This document shows positions 57,697 to 64,000 of a stretch of DNA of 64,000 nucleotides, piece by piece (positions within the stretch are counted from its first letter, which is position 1; every line of letters begins with the position of its first letter). Made by a program: the position numbers and the translations under genes. The stretch covers positions 224,001 through 288,000 of the forward strand of contig JBGAON010000002.1 of NCBI GenBank assembly GCA_044221725.1, read 5' to 3'. Source of the DNA: Elusimicrobiota bacterium (lineage in GTDB: Bacteria; Elusimicrobiota; Elusimicrobia; F11). Below the pieces are notes generated by a model. The model was given only the letters and a program-made list of their open reading frames with translations, had not been told where the DNA came from and did not search any database.

Positions 57697-58677
57697 ATGA
57701 CACGCCTAACCGTCGTCATTCCCGTCTATCAAGAAGAAAGAAACATTCGACCTCTGTATCTTCGTTTGAAGAAAGTGACGGCGGCAATAGCGGATATTCA
57801 GTGGGAATACCTTTTTGTGGATGACGGCAGTCGCGATCGTACGTTTGAGGTTTTAAGAGCGCTCTCAGAAGAAGACCAAAAAGTAAAAGTCGTGAGCTTA
57901 ACGCGCAATTTCGGCAAGGAGATTGCGCTTTCGGCCGGTGCGCACGCAGCGAGCGCGGACGCCATTATTTGCATCGATGCCGATTTGCAGCACCCCCCCG
58001 AGCTCATGCCCACCATGGTGGACGAATGGAAGCGAGGAGCGGACGTCGTGATCGCCATCCGCGAAAGCACGGCGAAGAATCCGCTGTTCCGGCGGCTTGG
58101 TTCGTATCTTTTCTACCGAATTATGCGTTGGTCGTCCGGTTTGGAATTTACGCCGGGTACAACCGATTTCCGATTAATTGATAAAAAAGTGTTGTACGTG
58201 TTTCGCGAAATGACCGAGCGCGCGCGACTTTTTCGAGGCCTCGTTGATTGGATGGGCTTCCGTCGCAAAAACATTTATTTCCATGCGGATTCTCGGCTCG
58301 ATGGAGAAACATCGTTTTCGTATCGTCGGCTTTGGCAGTTGGCCGTTAACAGTCTCACCTCCTTTTCACTTTTTCCATTGCGGCTCGCGGCGTATCTCGG
58401 GCTCGTCATCACAATGCTGAGCGGCCTGCTTTTGGTTCGTATGTTGATCGCGAAATTGTTTGCGACCGAAGTGTTCACTCCGCTCGCGGTCGTGGTGGTG
58501 GTGAACACGTTTCTTATGGGCATCGTGCTCATGGCCATTGGTCTCGTGGGATTTTATATTGGCACCATTCACACCGAGGTGATCAACCGTCCGCTGTATA
58601 TTGTTCGGGACCGGCTCAACTTTGGCACGCATCACTACAGCACGGTCGCGCCAGAAATGAAAGCGGTCGAACCGTAA
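57697..58677 (+). CDS. GT2, GtrB/ArnC-type undecaprenyl-phosphate glycosyltransferase
   Basis: DDGSRD, RNFGKE, DADLQHPP, DFRLID, two C-terminal TMs, RPLYIV. Confidence 0.9.
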   Translation: MTRLTVVIPVYQEERNIRPLYLRLKKVTAAIADIQWEYLFVDDGSRDRTFEVLRALSEEDQKVKVVSLTRNFGKEIALSAGAHAASADAIICIDADLQHPPELMPTMVDEWKRGADVVIAIRESTAKNPLFRRLGSYLFYRIMRWSSGLEFTPGTTDFRLIDKKVLYVFREMTERARLFRGLVDWMGFRRKNIYFHADSRLDGETSFSYRRLWQLAVNSLTSFSLFPLRLAAYLGLVITMLSGLLLVRMLIAKLFATEVFTPLAVVVVVNTFLMGIVLMAIGLVGFYIGTIHTEVINRPLYIVRDRLNFGTHHYSTVAPEMKAVEP

Positions 58678-59961
58678 ATGGTTCTTCGGCACGGCGTGCG
58701 AATTGGAAAGGGAATCCTTTCCGATCGCTTGTTTCGCTCGATGTGTTATTTGTTGGTCGGCGTGGTTGTGACGGGCGTCGCCAATTACGGTTTGCAAGTT
58801 GTGCTGGGGCGCACGCTCACAACGGCCGAATATGGATTCATGAATGTTTTGCTCGGGGTGCTGGTTGTGTTCGGCGTGCCGGTCTCCACGATGCAGATGC
58901 TGATCGCGCGTAAAACATCCGAACACAAGGCCGCGGACGAATTCGGTGCGATCGGTGGTTTGTTGAAGCGCGTTTCGGTAACTTTGTTGGTGGGAAGCGC
59001 GGTGGGATTTGTGATTTACACAATTTTTTCTGCGCCGTTTGCTGCGTTTCTTCGCTCGCCTTCAATTGTTCCAGTGCTATTGCTCGGTCTTTGCGCATTC
59101 TCGGCGATCATGATGCCGGTTCCACTGGCCATTCTTCAGGGGCTGCAAGAAAGTTCATGGTTTGCGTTCCTGCAAGGTTTCACCGGACCATCGCGTTTTA
59201 TTTTGTGCGGGCTGGCCGGAGGCCTTGGCTTGGGCGTGAACGGCGTGCTTATCGGGCTTTTTCTTTCGCAATTTGTGATTTGGTTGTGGGCGTTTTTCGT
59301 GGTCAAGAAAGATGTTGGACATCTTCCCGCGCACGCCGACGCTGAACCGCTGGCTTGGAGGGACATGGTTCCGGTGCTTGTCGCAAACCTTGCGTTCGCG
59401 CTTATCACGCAGATGGATCTTATTCTCGTGAACCGATATTTTCATGCCGAGGACGCCGCGTTGTACGCGTCGGCCGCGGTGTTGGGCCGTGCCGTGATCT
59501 ATGTGCCGGCGGCGCTCGTGCTGGCGATGTTTCCAATGGTCTCGGAAAGCAAAGCGAGAAATGTTAATACGTTACCGCTGCTGTTTCGGTCGTGCGCGTA
59601 CACGGTGTTGTTTTCAGGAATTGGCGCGCTGTTGTTTTTGTTGTGGCCGGAACCGATCATCGGTGTGTTGTTCGCGCATCGTTACGACGCCTCGGCGGTC
59701 ATCCTAAAATACTACGGCATTTCGATGTTGCCGGTGGCGCTTTTAACGGTGTTGATGAATTACTTTGTGGCGCGTGGTCATCGGCTTTTTGGATACGTAA
59801 TGATGGTGGGAGCGTTTGTGGAAATTGCTCTGGTGTCTTTGTTTCATCCGTCGATGTTAAGCGTTGTATTTATTTTGGGCGCGGTGGGCACCGCGATATT
59901 AATTTTTGGAATTATTCTTTCGGGGGGCTTGGAATCTCATGAGCAACGTCAAATCGGATAA
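58678..59961 (+). CDS. Wzx-like oligosaccharide flippase
   Basis: About 12 TMs, LGRTLTTAEYG, DLILVNRYF, MFPMVS. Confidence 0.82.
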   Translation: MVLRHGVRIGKGILSDRLFRSMCYLLVGVVVTGVANYGLQVVLGRTLTTAEYGFMNVLLGVLVVFGVPVSTMQMLIARKTSEHKAADEFGAIGGLLKRVSVTLLVGSAVGFVIYTIFSAPFAAFLRSPSIVPVLLLGLCAFSAIMMPVPLAILQGLQESSWFAFLQGFTGPSRFILCGLAGGLGLGVNGVLIGLFLSQFVIWLWAFFVVKKDVGHLPAHADAEPLAWRDMVPVLVANLAFALITQMDLILVNRYFHAEDAALYASAAVLGRAVIYVPAALVLAMFPMVSESKARNVNTLPLLFRSCAYTVLFSGIGALLFLLWPEPIIGVLFAHRYDASAVILKYYGISMLPVALLTVLMNYFVARGHRLFGYVMMVGAFVEIALVSLFHPSMLSVVFILGAVGTAILIFGIILSGGLESHEQRQIG

Positions 59962-60643
59962 CAAAGCGTCGGTTGAAGATCTCATCACCAAAGACACCGC
60001 CAATATTTTGCATCGCGTTTTGGAAGTTCGGTTCCTGTCCGATCGCACCTATTGCATCCGTGTTGAAAGAAAAAACTTTCAGTTCCGGGCCGGTCAGCTC
60101 ATGAACATGGGCGTGCCGGGTTCGGGTGTGAACCGTGAATATTCTCTTTACTCCTCGCCAAACGACCCGTATCTCGATGTTTTGATCCGCGAAGTGGAAG
60201 GCGGATTGGTGAGCGTGGCGCTCAAATCCCGCCGTCCGGGCGACTACGTTGAAGTGCACGGCCCGTACGGAGAATTTGTGTTGAACAATCCGAAGAAAGA
60301 TCGTCCGTACTTATTTATCGGAACCGGCACCGGTATTGCGCCATTTCATTGTTTCGCGAAAACCTACGCCGATTTAAATTACAAAGTGCTTCATGGCGTG
60401 CGAAAAGCCGACGAACGTTACGATTGGGAATCCTATCCCAAGGGCCGCTACATTTCCTGCGTGTCGCAAGACAATGGTGGGGATTTCAAAGGACGCGTGT
60501 CCGACTACTTGCGCCAAAACAAAGCGGATCCGAATTCCATCGTTTATTTGTGCGGGAACCGTTCGATGATTATTGAATGCTACGGCATTCTCAGGGACCA
60601 AAATATTCCGAGCGATAATATTTTTACGGAAGTTTTCTTCTAA
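59939..60643 (+). CDS. Ferredoxin/flavodoxin-NADP(+) reductase-like flavoprotein
   Basis: FRAGQ, REYS, GPYG, GTGIAP, YLCG, terminal EVFF. Confidence 0.88.
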   Translation: MSNVKSDNKASVEDLITKDTANILHRVLEVRFLSDRTYCIRVERKNFQFRAGQLMNMGVPGSGVNREYSLYSSPNDPYLDVLIREVEGGLVSVALKSRRPGDYVEVHGPYGEFVLNNPKKDRPYLFIGTGTGIAPFHCFAKTYADLNYKVLHGVRKADERYDWESYPKGRYISCVSQDNGGDFKGRVSDYLRQNKADPNSIVYLCGNRSMIIECYGILRDQNIPSDNIFTEVFF

Positions 60644-60663
60644 AGAAAACGGGAGATCAATTC

Positions 60664-62208
60664 ATGAAAGTTGCTATTTCGTATCCACCAATCGTTAACA
60701 AATATGGCCAGAAAGCCATGGTGTCGCAAAATCGGAACGTTCAATTTTTCAAGAAGCCGACATATTTGTTGCCGGTCGTTCACGCGCAAGCCGCCACATG
60801 GCTTCGCGATCAAGGCCACGATGTTCGTTGGGACGACGGAAACGCCCAGCTGAAAACGTTCGATAAATGGTTCACGGATCTTGTGAACTGGGGGCCCGAC
60901 GTCGTGGTGTTCGAAAGCACTACGCCGGTCATGAATTTTTATTGGCACACCGTCGATAAATTGAAGGAAGCCTCGCCGAAAACGATCATTATTATGACCG
61001 GTTATCATTCGATGCGGAAACCGGAAGAAACACTCCAGAAATCGAAAACGGATATCGTGCTGCGCAGCAACCACATTGACTTTGTTCTATCGAAGCTCGT
61101 TCCCTTCCTCACGCAGCATTCGACAACCTGGCGCCAAGATCTCAAAGTGGACGGTCTCACGTTTCGTGATTCGTACGGCAATATTCAGTCGACCGGAAAT
61201 TTCCGCCAAGTGGAACCGCTCGAGAACTCGCCGTTGGTGGACCGCGATCTCGTTCGCTGGAAAGATTACGCGTACGAGAACGGAAATTATCTTCAAACCC
61301 CGGGCACTTACGCGACGAGCGTCATCCGCGATTGCATGTTTGGCAAATGCACGTTCTGTCGTTACAACGGTCCCGATTTAACGTTCTCGGTGTTGCCGGT
61401 CGAAAAAAGTTTGCAGGAATACGAAACGCTCGTGCGCAAATACAAAGTGCGCGAAATTTTTGACGATTCGGGCGTGTGGTACCGCGGCGCCGACGCTCGG
61501 CGCTTTGCGCAAGGCCTCATCGACCGAAATTTGCACAAAGCCGACTGTTATTACGGATTCAATACGCGGTTCGAATATCTCGACGAAGAAACCATCAAAC
61601 TCATGGGCAAAGCGAACTTCCGTTTCGCGCTGCTCGGGTTCGAAGCCGCGGACGCCGAAACACTGAACCGACTCAACAAAGGTTATTTGCCCGAGAATGC
61701 TTACCGCTGCTTGGATTGGATGACGAAGTACGGACTCCATCCGCATCTGACGATCATGGTCGGGTATCACTGGCAAACGCAGGAACAACTGAATCAAACC
61801 GTGAGCATGGTGCAAGACATCATGCTGAAAGGTCTGGCGCGCACGCTGCAAGTGACAATCTGCACACCGCTCGACTACACCCCGTATCACAACGAGTGTA
61901 TCGAGAAAGGGGTGCTTCTTGCGCAGGATTACGATGATCACGATATGAGCAAACTCATCGTGCGCACGCCGATTCCGCACGAACAGTACTATCAGGCCAT
62001 CAAAGACATTTACAACGTGGCGTTTCATCCGAAGTTTATTTTGCGCCAGGTTCAGTTCTTGCTGAGTTTTAAGAAGCGCGACTGGCAATTTTTGTTCACG
62101 TACGGGTGGCGCGCGATCCGTCGCGTGCGGCAGCACATCTATAACTTGACGCGTCACAGCAAAGGAAAATCCGCACCGGAAGAGGTTCCGCATCCGAAAC
62201 CGGCATGA
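60664..62208 (+). CDS. B12-binding-domain radical SAM protein
   Basis: ESTTP, MTGYH, CMFGKCTFC, FDDSG, GFEA, MVGY. Confidence 0.82.
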   Translation: MKVAISYPPIVNKYGQKAMVSQNRNVQFFKKPTYLLPVVHAQAATWLRDQGHDVRWDDGNAQLKTFDKWFTDLVNWGPDVVVFESTTPVMNFYWHTVDKLKEASPKTIIIMTGYHSMRKPEETLQKSKTDIVLRSNHIDFVLSKLVPFLTQHSTTWRQDLKVDGLTFRDSYGNIQSTGNFRQVEPLENSPLVDRDLVRWKDYAYENGNYLQTPGTYATSVIRDCMFGKCTFCRYNGPDLTFSVLPVEKSLQEYETLVRKYKVREIFDDSGVWYRGADARRFAQGLIDRNLHKADCYYGFNTRFEYLDEETIKLMGKANFRFALLGFEAADAETLNRLNKGYLPENAYRCLDWMTKYGLHPHLTIMVGYHWQTQEQLNQTVSMVQDIMLKGLARTLQVTICTPLDYTPYHNECIEKGVLLAQDYDDHDMSKLIVRTPIPHEQYYQAIKDIYNVAFHPKFILRQVQFLLSFKKRDWQFLFTYGWRAIRRVRQHIYNLTRHSKGKSAPEEVPHPKPA

Positions 62209-63194
62209 CGGCGCCCTTCTTCAGCATCGTCATTCCGGTTAAAGCGATCAACGGCTATGTCCGGGAGACGGTGTCTCACATCCTAAAACTCAACGATTCC
62301 GACTGGGAACTCATTATCGTTCCGAACGATGACGCGCCGTCCGAGTGGTCCGATCCGCGCATTCGTTTGATGGCGTCCGGGCGCGTTGGACCCGGCATCA
62401 AACGCGACTTGGCCGCCGAATCCGCGAAAGGTTTTGTGCTTGTGTTCCTTGATGATGATTCCTATCCGAAAGCCGATTTACTGACGGTGGCGCGCCCGTA
62501 TTTTGATGATCCCGATGTGTCCGCGCTCGGCGGACCCGCGATCACGCCGCCCGAAGACAGTTTTTGGCAGAAAGTTTCGGGCGCGGTGTTCTTGAGTCAT
62601 TTCTCAGGCGGTTCTCCGGAACGTTATGTTCCGCTCGGAAGCGTGCGCGAAACAAAGGACTGGCCCTCCGTAAATCTCATGGTGCGGCGCTCGGATTTTC
62701 TTGGCGTTGGCGGTTTTAATAGTGCGTATTGGCCGGGCGAAGACACAAAACTCTGCCTGCAAATTGTAAAGACCGGGAAAAAGATTCTTTATGTTCCTCA
62801 ACTAATGGTGTGGCATCACCGCCGCGCCGGGTTCTTCCAACATCTGAAACAAGTGGGCGCGTACGGTCTTCACCGCGGATTTTTTGCAAAGCGCTTTCCC
62901 GAAACCTCGCTCAAGATTGGATACTTCGCTCCATCGATGTTTCTTTTGTTCACGATTTTTTCATTGACCGGTTTTGCGCTCGGCATGCCGCCGGTGCTCA
63001 AAGCACTTTGTCTCACGGGATGGGGAATTTACGGGCTCGCCATGGTAAAAGCGTTTTTTGATTTTCGGCGTTATGTTTCGTCGCTGGTGGCGTTAAACGC
63101 GCTCGGTTATTCGATCTTTACGCATCTTGTGTACGGCGCGCAATTCCTTCGTGGACTCTTCTTTACGCAAAATCTTGTGAGCCGACTTCGATGA
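62205..63194 (+). CDS. Glycosyltransferase family 2 with C-terminal TMs
   Basis: SIVIP, FLDDD, GEDTKL, WHHRR. Confidence 0.88.
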   Translation: MTAPFFSIVIPVKAINGYVRETVSHILKLNDSDWELIIVPNDDAPSEWSDPRIRLMASGRVGPGIKRDLAAESAKGFVLVFLDDDSYPKADLLTVARPYFDDPDVSALGGPAITPPEDSFWQKVSGAVFLSHFSGGSPERYVPLGSVRETKDWPSVNLMVRRSDFLGVGGFNSAYWPGEDTKLCLQIVKTGKKILYVPQLMVWHHRRAGFFQHLKQVGAYGLHRGFFAKRFPETSLKIGYFAPSMFLLFTIFSLTGFALGMPPVLKALCLTGWGIYGLAMVKAFFDFRRYVSSLVALNALGYSIFTHLVYGAQFLRGLFFTQNLVSRLR

Positions 63195-64000
63195 AGCCGG
63201 CCTCTTCCGTCTCGGGCGCCGAAAAAAGCACCGCGGTGTTAGCGCCGCTGGTCTCGGTGGTTGTTACGACGAAAAACGAAGAACGCAACATTGAATGGTG
63301 TTTGCGCAGTATCGAACTGCAAACATGGCCCAACATCGAAATCATCGTGGTTGATAACAACTCCACGGATCAAACCAAGCCAATCGCGGCTTCGTACACG
63401 CCCAATGTTTTTAACAAAGGCCCTGAGCGCTCGGCCCAACGCAACTTTGGAATGTTGGAGTTGGCCAAGGGCGATTACGTCATTTATGTCGATGCCGACA
63501 TGATTTTGTCACCGCTGCTCGTCGAGCGATGCGTTCAGAAAATGGCCGAACCCGGATGTTTGGCTCTGCACATTCCAGAGATTATTCTCGGTTCGAGCTT
63601 CTGGTGCCGCGTGCGTCGGTTCGAGCGAACGTTTTATGACGGCACGGTCATTGACGGTGCGCGCTTCTTCCGACAAGGTGTGTTCCGAAAAATCGGCGGG
63701 TTTAACGAAAAGATCAACGCGGCTGAAGATTGGGATGCCGACAAACGCATTAAAAAAATCGGCGGAACGATCGCGCTGATTCCACGTCGCCGCACGGAAT
63801 CGACGGAGACGTCTTGGGAGCTTTCTTATTTTGTTCGTTCGAACGGTGTCAGGCCGATTTTCGAAACCGTTATTTATCACAACGAATCCGATTTCTCATT
63901 GAAAAGATATTTGCTGAAGAAAAAAGCGTACACCGGCGATGTCGGCGAATACGTGCGCATGTGGGGAAAAAACGATCCTGACGTGCGCCGCCAGGTTGGC
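63191..64000 (+). CDS. Glycosyltransferase family 2 (3'-truncated; absent from the ORF track)
   Basis: My translation from ATG 63191: VSVVVTTKNEE, VDNNSTD, ERSAQRNFG, YVDADM, AEDWD; open to the window edge. Confidence 0.88.
   Translation, partial: MKPASSVSGAEKSTAVLAPLVSVVVTTKNEERNIEWCLRSIELQTWPNIEIIVVDNNSTDQTKPIAASYTPNVFNKGPERSAQRNFGMLELAKGDYVIYVDADMILSPLLVERCVQKMAEPGCLALHIPEIILGSSFWCRVRRFERTFYDGTVIDGARFFRQGVFRKIGGFNEKINAAEDWDADKRIKKIGGTIALIPRRRTESTETSWELSYFVRSNGVRPIFETVIYHNESDFSLKRYLLKKKAYTGDVGEYVRMWGKNDPDVRRQVG

Overview
The whole window lies inside one very large, tightly packed cell-surface glycan biosynthesis island of a bacterium. It holds about 64 genes, all on + except a two-gene inverted cassette at 30769-33575, and it is truncated at both ends. 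Modules: (1) a nonulosonic-acid/amino-sugar tailoring block (NeuB-family synthase, two formyltransferases, deacetylase, AsnB, HisH/HisF/WbuX-type amidotransferase, KpsS-like transferase, MurJ-like flippase); (2) a 10-gene block at 17277-26067 whose enzyme families match the GDP-octose/lincosamide pathway of lincomycin (LmbR/N/P/K/O/M/L/Z-like), with a Cys-less UDP-glucose-dehydrogenase homologue, an SDR and a twitch radical SAM enzyme; this is the best candidate for an undescribed system; (3) a second higher-carbon or branched-sugar block (C-methyltransferase, reversed HldE-like fusion, split transketolase, Zn-dehydrogenase, HAD, APH-like kinase); (4) four GT-C-type membrane glycosyltransferases with six polyprenol-phosphate-type GT2s; (5) MBOAT/SGNH O-acylation genes, four radical SAM genes and an FNR. 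Three single-base anomalies are visible: an in-frame TAG in a radical SAM gene, an ACG where the UDP-GlcA decarboxylase start should be, and an out-of-frame ATG mini-ORF before the MurJ-like gene. I saw no rRNA, tRNA, CRISPR or mobile-element genes. All product calls come from motif recognition by eye; no database searches were run.
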